Positions 31,227-40,591 of a stretch of DNA of 64,000 nucleotides are shown here, one piece after another (the first letter of the stretch is position 1; each line of letters begins with the position of its first letter). The position numbers and the translations under genes are program-made. The notes below the pieces were generated by a model. The model saw only the letters and a program-made list of their open reading frames with translations. It searched no databases and was not told the origin of the DNA. Where the stretch lies: the NCBI GenBank assembly GCA_965218695.1, contig OZ244651.1, positions 1,632,001 through 1,696,000 of the forward strand, in the 5' to 3' direction. This DNA comes from Nitrosopumilus sp. Its GTDB lineage: Archaea > Thermoproteota > Nitrososphaeria > Nitrososphaerales > Nitrosopumilaceae.

Positions 31227-33520
31227 GTAAGAGGTCGCCTTTGCGAAGCGATTTCGTGCCTGATCTGCCCCGATTAATTACCAACTGAGCTACGTTTTCG
31301 GCCATAAATGCCCATTTAATTGGCATTATTCAGGGTTTTTTCCGGGCGGGGATGAGGCTCGGCTGAGCTGTATTTTGGCCGATCCGGTGATCGGGCTTGC
31401 GAAGTGGCCTTTTTTGGCGCTGTCCGGGGCGGTGCGTTGTGCCCGAATCGGGTGGCGGGCCGGCACGGCGGCCTGACATGTGTCAGGCAACCGGTGCTGT
31501 GGGGGTCGCGCAGGACATGCAGGGCAGCCATGGATGGATTTTGCAGGATTTATACCGTTGCTGCTGCTGCTGCCGGTATTTTTTCGACCATGCCTCGCAT
31601 GTAGTCGACCAAAAAGTCGTGCGGGTTGACGCCGCGCATCCTGCACGTCTCGCGGATGCTGGCCAGGACGGCGTGGTTGTATGCGCCGGCAAGGCTCTTG
31701 CTGCCGCCTGAGACCTTCCGGGATGCGACGCTGGGCCGCAGGGGGCGCTCGGCATCGTTGTTATGGCACTTTGTGTTGAGGCGGATGAATGGGAACAGGT
31801 GGGTGATCTCGCGCCGCAGCCGCTTGACAAACCGCTTGCAGTGGGGTTCGGTGTAGCTGCCAGACATCAGGCGCCTCACCCGGGCCAGGAGGTTGCGCAC
31901 CTTGAGGTTTCGCGCGGCCGCATCATCGTTCGGGTTGAGTCCCTTCTCTGCGTGCCAGGAATCGATGATTATCCCCTTTAGGGCCTTGGCAAACTTTTTG
32001 AATTCTGGCCCCGGGTTTTTCATGGTCAGGGTGCGGATGATCTCGCGGAGGTAGTGGTAGTGGCACTTTTGGTGGGTCCTGCCGATGCGGTTCCACGCAG
32101 CGTGTGAATCAGAGGTGACGTGGCCTGCGTACCCTCCAAACAGGGTCTCCAGCACGTCTCCTCCCCGGCGCTTGTCCACGTAAAAGACAGTCGAGTTGTC
32201 ACCGACTAGTATCCACAGCCAGTACAGCACACCGGCTACCCTCCAGCTGGTCTCGTCCCCGAAGACATGCTCTGAGAAGAATATCTCCTTGAGCATCTCC
32301 TCGTAGAGCGGGTGGAGGGATCCTGTCACGGCATCCACGTGGCCGATGACAGTCGACTTGGCAAGGTCCGTGTGGTAGATTATGTTGATCAGCTTGCGGA
32401 TGGGTTCGTAGGGAATGTTGTACATCCTCATCGTCGTCTCAAGGCACGTCAGGCTGGCGCCGAACCGTCCGCCGGGGACGACCCCTGGGATCTCGGGGGC
32501 AAACTGCCTGCCGCATTCCCTGCAGTACCTGCGGACGACGGTATACTGGATGCCGGTCAGCTTCCCGTCGATAATCTCCTCGACTACCCGGATGGTCACC
32601 TCGGTGGGCTCCTTCGAGAGGGCATGGCCGTGCGGGCAGGCGGGCATGTCGACTAGCTTTTTTTCGGATATCGGGGGAGGATCACGGCCGGTGCGCAGGC
32701 AGACGACCTTCCTGAACGGGTCTGGTGCAGGCCCGGGTGATTCCCGGAGCCGCTTCTGGGAGCGGCGGCTTTTGATGCCCAGATTCTCGGCTGCCAGCGC
32801 CGAGTTGGCCGCGCGCGCCTCCCTTAACTGAGAGGCATGCTCTGATGCCTGCTGCTCCAGGCGGGCTATCCTGTCCATGACTGCCTGCGAGACGTCGCAT
32901 CCCTGCAGCAGGGCGGCATTCTCTGCCCGCAGCTTCTCTACCTCTACCTTCAAATTCTCCATATCTCCTCCCAGATTCTCTATCTCTGCATCTTTCAGCT
33001 CTATCTCGGAGTCCTTTTGTTCTATCTCGGAGTCCTTTTGTTCTATCTCGGAGTCCTTTTGCACATTCTCTTCTTCCAGCAGTTTGATCCTGGCATCCAT
33101 CTCCGTCAGCATCGCATGTTCCCCTGAGAAGGCCTCTGCCTCCTCCTTCAGCTGCTCGATGTCTTTTCTCAGCGCCATGCTCTCCTCGTCCTTGGATTTG
33201 AGCATGTCCAAGACGGATTCGAAGAGGGACTTGGTGTCGGTTACGGAGTTCCAGTCAATCTTTTCCAAGTCGATTACAGGCACCACGCCATAACACGGGA
33301 AGGCATGATCCATAAAGCTTTTGGGCACGCAGCGCCTGCCGGAAAATGCGGCGCAAAAGATCCAACCGGAAGAGCCTTGATCCGAAAACCGCTCTGCCTG
33401 CCTGAGGACCGTGTTGATAACGTGCAATTAATCGGGTATTTATGGTCAAAAACGTAGCTCAGTTGGTAATTAATCGGAACAGATCAGGCACGGAATCGCT
33501 TCGCAAAGGCGACCTCTTAC
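31227..33520 (-). mobile_element. Complete single-ORF IS66 with very long TIRs
   Basis: TIR starts GTAAGAGGTCGCCTTTGCGAAGCGATT, near-perfect for ~72 bp and alignable to ~100 bp; 8-bp TSD CGGAATAG (31219-31226, 33521-33528). Confidence 0.96.
31550..33427 (-). CDS. IS66 transposase with long N-terminal coiled coil
   Basis: FGDETSW, TSDSH, QKCHYHY, NNDAERPLRP. The true start is probably downstream of 33427. Confidence 0.9.
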   Translation of the reverse strand: MHVINTVLRQAERFSDQGSSGWIFCAAFSGRRCVPKSFMDHAFPCYGVVPVIDLEKIDWNSVTDTKSLFESVLDMLKSKDEESMALRKDIEQLKEEAEAFSGEHAMLTEMDARIKLLEEENVQKDSEIEQKDSEIEQKDSEIELKDAEIENLGGDMENLKVEVEKLRAENAALLQGCDVSQAVMDRIARLEQQASEHASQLREARAANSALAAENLGIKSRRSQKRLRESPGPAPDPFRKVVCLRTGRDPPPISEKKLVDMPACPHGHALSKEPTEVTIRVVEEIIDGKLTGIQYTVVRRYCRECGRQFAPEIPGVVPGGRFGASLTCLETTMRMYNIPYEPIRKLINIIYHTDLAKSTVIGHVDAVTGSLHPLYEEMLKEIFFSEHVFGDETSWRVAGVLYWLWILVGDNSTVFYVDKRRGGDVLETLFGGYAGHVTSDSHAAWNRIGRTHQKCHYHYLREIIRTLTMKNPGPEFKKFAKALKGIIIDSWHAEKGLNPNDDAAARNLKVRNLLARVRRLMSGSYTEPHCKRFVKRLRREITHLFPFIRLNTKCHNNDAERPLRPSVASRKVSGGSKSLAGAYNHAVLASIRETCRMRGVNPHDFLVDYMRGMVEKIPAAAAATV

Positions 33521-33891
33521 CGGAATAGTCAGATGCAGAAGTGAGGACGAGCTGCCCATCTGTGATTGCAAAGTCGTCGGCATCGGCACCCGTAACCTCG
33601 TAACTGTCAATGTCCGTATCAAAGCCCACACGTGCGGATATGTTACCCACCAGTATCTCGCTGTTGTCAACTGACTCATTCTCCAGAATGATGAACCATT
33701 GCCCCAGATTATGGTCGAATGCGGTGGCATCAGAGAACATGAAACTCATGTACCTCACCTGAGACACGTTCCAGCCAATGATGTCTGCGTTGAAGGAGCT
33801 GGCGGTAGAGAACATGGATCTCATGTCTGTCACCGTGGAGACGTCCCAGTCGGAGATGTCTTGGTTGAAGGAGCTGGCGCCAGAGAACATT

Positions 33892-35440
33892 AGAAGCTAT
33901 GCGTAATCCTTCCATTTCGCTGGATTAAACCGGAAAATTCCGGAAAATATTAAAAATTCTGATTTAATTCTCGCCATGTTAGCCATGTGGGGATCCTGTC
34001 CTGCCCGAAATACGAAATAACGTGCGCAGCCTTGCAGCACCACGATGTGCACGGGATTAATTGTTTGAGACGGCGCTGCCGGGGGCGTTTGCCTGTTCCC
34101 AGTTTATCACCGGCCCCAGATTGCCGCCTGAAGGAGGCGGTCCCTTCTCCAGGTAGTTCCACACGAGGTCCAGGTTTACAAGCCCGGCTATTATGTTAAA
34201 TTCCCTGTTAAAGTCGCCAATCTTTCCTTTGTATGGCGCGGTAAGCCGGCCGTACCGCTTCAGCCTGCCGATGGAGTGCTCCACCTTTACCCGGGCGGAG
34301 TTGATTTTATGGTTGTGCTCTTTTTCCTCCTTTGTAAAGCGCTTGTGGTTCTTGGTCTTCTTGTGCGGCTGCAGGGTGTTTGTGCCGGGCAGATCCTTTG
34401 CAATTCCCTTGTAGCCGCGGTCAGTAAGGGTGTGGATCCTGTCCTCTTCGGGGGTGTTCTCGTCGCACATGCGGTCCCACCATTTTCCAAATGGCAGCGG
34501 GCTCTCCCTGAGCAGCGTGATGTCGTGGACGGATCCCACGGTGCTGCCGGATATGGCGACTATCACCCCGTTTTCGTTTATGCACACGGTGGTGTTGAGC
34601 GTGAATTTCTTCTTCTTGCCAGAATACATCATGCTCCTCATCTGTTTTTCGTCCGGCCTCTGTATGGGGCAGTGCGTGCCGTCGATCATCATAATGCCCC
34701 CGTCAGGCCCGGAAATTATTTTTTTGAGATCCTCTTTTGTCTCCGTGTCCTCTATCTCCTTTGAGATGTTGGCAGCGGTGGGCAGCACCGCCTCAAGCAC
34801 CCCGTCTAGTACATCGATATACCGGGACACGGTCGCCTGGTCTATTCCAAAGAATGCCGCAAGCACGCCCTGCGTGGGGTTGCCCTTTTTGTACATCAGT
34901 GACATGAGCAGCGCGTGCCTTGGGTACAGCTTGCAGCGGTTCCCGGGATCCGACGCCCTCGTCTCGTCACTCCTGAAGAGCGGGGATTTGCCGCTTTGCC
35001 TTATCCACGCCTCGGCCCTGTCAAGCATGTATTGGAACTGTTCCCTGCGCTTCAGCGTCGCGTCATGAAGATTTTCCCCGACTCTGATGATCTCATCAAG
35101 CACCTCCACGCGGTGCAGCAGGGCGGGCTCTCCTGCGGCTCCGGACTCGGAGCCGTCCCGTGTGCGCCACAGGCTTTGCTCGTGCCTGGCAGCTGCGTCC
35201 TGGCGCTTGATGTCAGCGTCCTGGCGCTTGATGTCAGCGTCCTGGCGCTTGATGTCAGCGTCCTGGCGCTTGATCATGTCTCTGAGAGCCTTGTTCTCTT
35301 TTTGCAGGTCACTTGTTTTCTGTTCCGACAACAGTATGAACCGGCATATTCTGGTTTTAATTGGATGGATCATAAATTTTTGACAGCAGGACTAACGTCA
35401 ACGCGGAGTTTGAAAAAGTTCTGGATTACGCATATTTTCT
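33892..35440 (-). mobile_element. Complete IS5/ISL2-like element
   Basis: TIR AGAAGCTATGCGTAATCC / rc AGAAAATATGCGTAATCC; 3-bp TSD ATT (33889-33891, 35441-35443). Confidence 0.93.
34057..35373 (-). CDS. ISL2-like transposase
   Basis: SDPGNRCKLY, FFGIDQATVSRY, IDGTH, HD, DRGYKG, RVKVEHSIGRLK; paralog of 5358-7175. Confidence 0.92.
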   Translation of the reverse strand: MIHPIKTRICRFILLSEQKTSDLQKENKALRDMIKRQDADIKRQDADIKRQDADIKRQDAAARHEQSLWRTRDGSESGAAGEPALLHRVEVLDEIIRVGENLHDATLKRREQFQYMLDRAEAWIRQSGKSPLFRSDETRASDPGNRCKLYPRHALLMSLMYKKGNPTQGVLAAFFGIDQATVSRYIDVLDGVLEAVLPTAANISKEIEDTETKEDLKKIISGPDGGIMMIDGTHCPIQRPDEKQMRSMMYSGKKKKFTLNTTVCINENGVIVAISGSTVGSVHDITLLRESPLPFGKWWDRMCDENTPEEDRIHTLTDRGYKGIAKDLPGTNTLQPHKKTKNHKRFTKEEKEHNHKINSARVKVEHSIGRLKRYGRLTAPYKGKIGDFNREFNIIAGLVNLDLVWNYLEKGPPPSGGNLGPVINWEQANAPGSAVSNN

Positions 35441-36720
35441 ATTGCACCCAGGTCTGTCACCTTGGAGACGTCCCAGCCGGAGATGTCGGCGTTGAAGGCG
35501 TAGGCCTGATAGAACATGTAATCCATATCAGTCACACCCGAGACGTTCCAGTCGGAGATGTCGCCGTTAAAGGCGTAGGCCTCGGCGAACATGTATGTCA
35601 TGTCAGTCACGCCCGAGACGTTCCAGTCGGAGATGTCGCCGTTAAAGGCGTAGGCCTTGTTGAACATGTAGTGCAGGCTGGTCATTAGGGACACGTCCCA
35701 ATTGGACAAGTCGCCGTCAAAAGCTTCGGTCTTGTAGAACATGTTAAGCACGTCGGGGTCGGAGGAGAGATCAGGCGCATCGGTTGCCTCGTATTGCATG
35801 TTGACGGCATCCCTGAACATCGCTTCCATGCTGGACCATTGGGTATCGCCCCACTGGTCTACAGACAGCAGCAACTGCGGGGTATCGTACATTACGGCAA
35901 GCCGAGTGTCATAGTCAAAATAGAAGCGTTGCAGGTCGCCGGTGATTGCGACTGTGGCGCTAGTGGGCGTGCCGGGACTGAGGTTTGTGTAATAGTGTCG
36001 CGGTTCCCCCGTCGCGTTGTACGTGTCAGTATCGCCATCACCCCAGTCTACGTGCACTTCTCCACCGGATTCCACGCCTATACTAAACTTGACCTCGGCG
36101 AGGCTGCTGGGGGCAGAGGTAGGCGGTCCGGTAATGTTCCACGTGGTGACAAAGGCGGAGCTAGGCGGTTGCGCATACGCATTCGGCAACAGTATTGAAT
36201 TTGCCACCACCACCTCTGTCATGTCAGTCCAAGCACTGGCCACAGGATACAACGAGTTGTTCGCCCCTGTCTGCCACGACTCGTCGTGAAATACCGCATA
36301 CAATCCCGATACCATCACCGCGCCCAGTAGCAGCAGCATGGCACCTGCAGCAAGCCGCCTGCGTGATTTGAAGTTGTAGCATACCTCATAGTTTAGAATA
36401 CAACGAAGCGCAGACATTTGTCAATTTATTTCAAATTATTTATAATTAGTGCGTGTGATCAAAGATTTTACAAATGGAGTTCATTAAATAAGCTGTTTTC
36501 GCGGTTTGCCTTTTTCTGGCCGCAGGCGATACACCACTTATCGTGGTGGCATTGGTTGCACAGAAGCACCAAACTGGGTCCAGCATCATGCTTACCACAA
36601 GCATGCAGACATGGCGTAAACGGAAGCTCAACTTCTGCCCAAGAATTCGGCCGTCTCCTGAATGCATGTGTCTGGTCCATGCCGATACGAAACGCGTACA
36701 TCAGCGCCTGACTCTGCTAG

Positions 36721-36906
36721 ATGGATAATGGCATCAGAGATCCTAAGGCAAAATGGCATCCGCGATTTCTTGTATTCATACTGCCTGTGCTGTTCTCGAT
36801 AGTGTTTGGCTATGCGGCAATGGCCGACATACTTCAAAAGCCTGACCACGCCTTCAATGTGGGCCTAGTCGAGATTCAATCTCATGACTTCCAAGGGGTA
36901 TCGTAG
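36721..36906 (+). CDS. Possible small membrane protein or gene remnant
   Basis: Single hydrophobic stretch FLVFILPVLFSIVFGYAAMA; no other support. Confidence 0.3.
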   Translation: MDNGIRDPKAKWHPRFLVFILPVLFSIVFGYAAMADILQKPDHAFNVGLVEIQSHDFQGVS

Positions 36907-37052
36907 GATCCCCGATAACTTCTGCCATTATTGGATGGATCGCGTGGGGGATCCGTACCCACTGTGCGAGTCCCTTTATGCCCGCATGATCTTGAGCCGT
37001 TCTGGAATGATTTGGTCGTACAGGGAGAGGAGCGCTCAGGATAACGTTACGC

Positions 37053-38558
37053 TCAGGACGCAGCTGCGTCCTCATCGCTGCCAACAATCCTGCCCACCTC
37101 GTCTCCCAGACCCTCGATGCACGTACTTATCCTGTTCTCCCTCTTTGTGAGATCCGTCCGGTACCGTTCTATTGCGGCAACGCGGTCTGATATCATCCTC
37201 TTTTGCTCGGCATACCCGGACGAGCCGTACGAGTTTCTGGCCTTCATGGAGGATGCAACGGTGGTGGAGGACACTATTCTGGACACAACCTCCGAGTCCA
37301 CCCCGGTGTCCTCGACTGACTTTAGTATGTCTGCAGAGTCAAGCCTCCGAATGGGCCTTTTGGACATGTGTGCTGCCTGCACCAGGGAGCCTGCAATCTT
37401 GTGCGTGATGCGGAACGGAATCCCCTCCAGCACCAGCCGCTCTGCTATGTCAAGGGCTATCAGGTTACCGGATACGGCAGCCCTTCTCATCTGTTTTTCA
37501 TTGACCCTCATGGTAAGTATCACGGACCTCATTATCAGCAGCGCGCTGACTGACATTCTTGAGGCAGCCCAGACAGGCACCTTTATCTGCTGCAGGTCGC
37601 GCCCGTATCCGGAGGCCAGCCCCTTGAGGGCGGACAGGACGGCAACCAGGCTCCCGATGGTGTGTGCAGTCTTGCCGCGGGTCAGCTCCAGTATGTCAGG
37701 GTTCTTCTTCTGCGGCATGACGCTTGACGGGGACGTGAACTCGTCTGCAAGCTCGACAAATGAAAACTCTGATGTCGACCACACCACAAGGTCCTCTGCC
37801 ATCCTGCTCAGGTTGGTCATCATAATGGATATCATGGCGATGTATTCTGCCACAAAGTCGCGCGTTCCCGTGGCATCCAGAGAGTTCTCTACAAGCCCGT
37901 CAAATCCCAGCATTCGGGCCGTGTCATGCCGGTCGATCGGAATGCTGGTCCCGCCTACCGGGCCTGCGCCAAGCGGGCTCAGGTTGACTCTCTCAAATGT
38001 TCCGTAAAGCCTTTGAAAGTCCCTCAGCAGGGCGTCTGCCTGTGCCAGAAGATAGTGCGAGAAGAGTCCGGCCTGGGCCTGCTGGAGATGCGTGTACAGC
38101 GGCATGACTGTCCTCTGGTGGATTCGGGCCACCGATATCATGGCCTCTGCCGTATCCAAAAGACACCTGCAGGCGGCATTGATGTCATCACGGATCTTCA
38201 TCCGCATGTCCAGAGCCACCTGGTCGTTCCTGGAACGGGCAGTGTGCATCCTGCCGCCTGACTCCATTCCGGCCCTTTCAATCACCATGGACTCTATCAT
38301 CTCGTGGACATCCTCTGCTGCACCTGATGCTGATGCTGCAGCAGCAACAGCAGCCCCTTCGTTCCGGATATCATCCAGTGCAGACAGTATCCTCTTCAGA
38401 TCATGCATCTTCAGGATTCCGTTCCGGTGGAGCATCAGCACGTGCGCCTGGCTTCCAAGGATGTCATAGCGTATAATCTCAGAGTCGTCCTCAACAGACG
38501 AGACATACTTGAGTGTAACGTCGTCCAGATCATTTCCAAGGCGGGAACGATACATCAA
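37053..38558 (-). CDS. argH: Argininosuccinate lyase
   Basis: MHTARSRNDQVA, YTHLQQAQ, SSVMPQKKNPD. Confidence 0.97.
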   Translation of the reverse strand: MMYRSRLGNDLDDVTLKYVSSVEDDSEIIRYDILGSQAHVLMLHRNGILKMHDLKRILSALDDIRNEGAAVAAAASASGAAEDVHEMIESMVIERAGMESGGRMHTARSRNDQVALDMRMKIRDDINAACRCLLDTAEAMISVARIHQRTVMPLYTHLQQAQAGLFSHYLLAQADALLRDFQRLYGTFERVNLSPLGAGPVGGTSIPIDRHDTARMLGFDGLVENSLDATGTRDFVAEYIAMISIMMTNLSRMAEDLVVWSTSEFSFVELADEFTSPSSVMPQKKNPDILELTRGKTAHTIGSLVAVLSALKGLASGYGRDLQQIKVPVWAASRMSVSALLIMRSVILTMRVNEKQMRRAAVSGNLIALDIAERLVLEGIPFRITHKIAGSLVQAAHMSKRPIRRLDSADILKSVEDTGVDSEVVSRIVSSTTVASSMKARNSYGSSGYAEQKRMISDRVAAIERYRTDLTKRENRISTCIEGLGDEVGRIVGSDEDAAAS

Positions 38559-38604
38559 CTATGATTCTTGAATGGTTATATATAGCATCGACGCTTTTGC
38601 CGAC

Positions 38605-38919
38605 ATGAGCCAGGAAATCAAACAGATGAGGGTAAAGATATTTGACGAGCTCTCCAAGATAATGGATCCCGAGATAAACACGTCGATAGTGGAGCTGGAG
38701 CTGATAGACGAAGTTGACATCAAGGACAAGAACGTCAATGTCGACTTGCACCTTACAAGCCCGTTCTGTCCTGCGGTATTTGGTTTCAAGATATGCCAGG
38801 ACATTCATGACAACCTCCTAAGGGTGGACGGCGTAGACGATGTCAAGGTGAACGTATCAAACCACTTCATGGCAGAACAGATCAACAACCAGGTAAACAA
38901 CAGTCCAAAGCCGGCGTAA
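38605..38919 (+). CDS. DUF59/MIP18-family Fe-S cluster assembly protein
   Basis: DPEI..SIVEL...LTSPFCP motif. Confidence 0.9.
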   Translation: MSQEIKQMRVKIFDELSKIMDPEINTSIVELELIDEVDIKDKNVNVDLHLTSPFCPAVFGFKICQDIHDNLLRVDGVDDVKVNVSNHFMAEQINNQVNNSPKPA

Positions 38920-39020
38920 CTATCGCATGCCCGTGTTGTGTGTGCAAGAGTCCCACACCGTCAAGTAGGTGCGATCCCGTGTCAGGACATGCATTATGAT
39001 TCAGTCTAGGACGGAAGAAT

Positions 39021-39812
39021 CTATTTTTTGAATCCCAGCATGTAGCCGCGGAGCATCTGGATTCCCATGGCAGGATCCACTCCCTTGGGACACACCTGGC
39101 TGCACGATCCTGCAAAATGGCACCGCCATATTCCGTGCGACTCGTCTATCACCTTGAGTCTGGAATCCTTTCCGTGATCCCGGTTGTCCCCCACATACCT
39201 GTACGCCTGGGCAAGCGCCTGCGGACCGACAAACTTCGAGTCAGTGGCCATCGTGGGGCAGACAGAGTTGCACAGGCCGCACTTTATGCATCCGGCAAAC
39301 TGGATGTACTCCTGCACCTCCTTGGGCGTCTGCAGGAACTCCTTTTTGGGGGGATCCTCAGAGTCGTCAAGCATCACGAACGGCTTGATGGTGCGGTGGG
39401 CCTCAAAGAGCCTGTCAAACCTTACTGCCAGATCGCGAATAATTGGAAAGTTCTTCATGGGCTCGACTGTGACAGTGTCAGAGTCCAGTTCGCTGATCTT
39501 TGTAAAGCACGCAAGCCTTGGCCTGCCGTTGATTATCATGCCGCACGAGCCGCACGTGGCCTGCCTGCACGAGTACCTTACCGCAACGGAGTGGTCAATG
39601 TACTTTTTTACCTCAAGTATGGCGTCAAGGACGGTGGTCCAGCGCCTGTACGGAACGGTAAACTCCATGAAATTTCTCTTTGAGTCATGTCCGGGGTTGT
39701 ACCTTGAGATGCGGAGCGTTATGGTCTCCTGTGCAGGCTGCTGCTGTTGTTGTTGCTGCTGTTGCTGCTGTTGCGGTTGTTGCTGCTGCTGCACGGCCTC
39801 GGTTTGTGCCAT
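39021..39812 (-). CDS. sdhB: Succinate dehydrogenase Fe-S subunit
   Basis: SCRQATCGSC, CIKCGLCNSVCP, CHFAGSCSQVCP. Confidence 0.96.
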   Translation of the reverse strand: MAQTEAVQQQQQPQQQQQQQQQQQQPAQETITLRISRYNPGHDSKRNFMEFTVPYRRWTTVLDAILEVKKYIDHSVAVRYSCRQATCGSCGMIINGRPRLACFTKISELDSDTVTVEPMKNFPIIRDLAVRFDRLFEAHRTIKPFVMLDDSEDPPKKEFLQTPKEVQEYIQFAGCIKCGLCNSVCPTMATDSKFVGPQALAQAYRYVGDNRDHGKDSRLKVIDESHGIWRCHFAGSCSQVCPKGVDPAMGIQMLRGYMLGFKK

Positions 39813-39813
39813 G

Positions 39814-40170
39814 CTATACCATCCCCATGTTGGTCATAATAATTGTTCTGGAGCCGTACGCTATCAGTGCGAACATGCCTGCAAGGCACCCGTAGGATAC
39901 TGTCTTCTCATAGGCCCTCCCCTGCTTGAGTTCCAGCAGTATCACCCGCAGTCCGTTGAACCCGTGAACCGAGAGAAGTATCAGGATCAGTTCAAGCAGT
40001 ATCACGTACGGGATGAACTTGTAGTTGGCAAGGACAGTCTCATACTCGAGTGACTCTGCAAACCCCGTCGTAAGGCGCATCAGCACGTGGACTGCAACCA
40101 GAGCGACTGCGGCAAGGGCAGTCCCGTAGTGAATCTTCATTATAACGCTCTCCCTCATCTCATTCACCAA
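39814..40170 (-). CDS. sdhD: Succinate dehydrogenase membrane anchor
   Basis: Three TM helices, HGFNGLR, operon position. Confidence 0.88.
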   Translation of the reverse strand: MVNEMRESVIMKIHYGTALAAVALVAVHVLMRLTTGFAESLEYETVLANYKFIPYVILLELILILLSVHGFNGLRVILLELKQGRAYEKTVSYGCLAGMFALIAYGSRTIIMTNMGMV

Positions 40171-40591
40171 ACATTACTGCCAGCCCGTACATCATGGCGA
40201 CTGCGGCAAGGACTATTGCAGAGTATATCCCTATCTTGTGCCTGTAGTTCTGGGATGCCGGAGTGTACGGATAGTCTGGACGGGCCGGCCGGCCCACGCC
40301 TACGCCTCCATGTCCGAGCATCACCCGGATTCCATTAACCGTATGAAACACGCACATCCCAATCACGATTGCCAGCACTATGTGACCCTCGGTGGTCTGG
40401 GTCATGGCAAGGACCTCGTCCCATCCCACCCTGCCGCGCAGTATGTTGCTTGTCTCGTAAATGTGTGCAATAAAGTATACCAGCAGACCCAACCCGCTGA
40501 GCCGCATCAGCCAGTATGCCAGGCGCTCTATTCCGTAGCGGCCCGGATTGGCCATCCCCCCGATGCCCTCCTTGTGCTCGTCCTGTGTCAT
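40160..40591 (-). CDS. sdhC: Succinate dehydrogenase cytochrome b subunit
   Basis: RLSG...HTVNGIR, operon position. Confidence 0.9.
   Translation of the reverse strand: MTQDEHKEGIGGMANPGRYGIERLAYWLMRLSGLGLLVYFIAHIYETSNILRGRVGWDEVLAMTQTTEGHIVLAIVIGMCVFHTVNGIRVMLGHGGVGVGRPARPDYPYTPASQNYRHKIGIYSAIVLAAVAMMYGLAVMFGE

Larger units (their letters stand above)
24155..36417 (-). pseudogene. Giant surface protein gene (~2802 aa reconstructed) interrupted by two ISs: TM/signal, DUF285 (BspA-like) repeats, cadherin-like domain, 17 Ig-like repeats, PKD-like, DUF5011/HYR-like
   Basis: Pieces 35398-36417, 33459-33890 and 24155-31174 join in frame after IS+TSD removal (VTDLGA-MFSGASSFN; TSASDYS-AKSSYDITIV). 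The joined length is 8409 bp. Confidence 0.9.
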
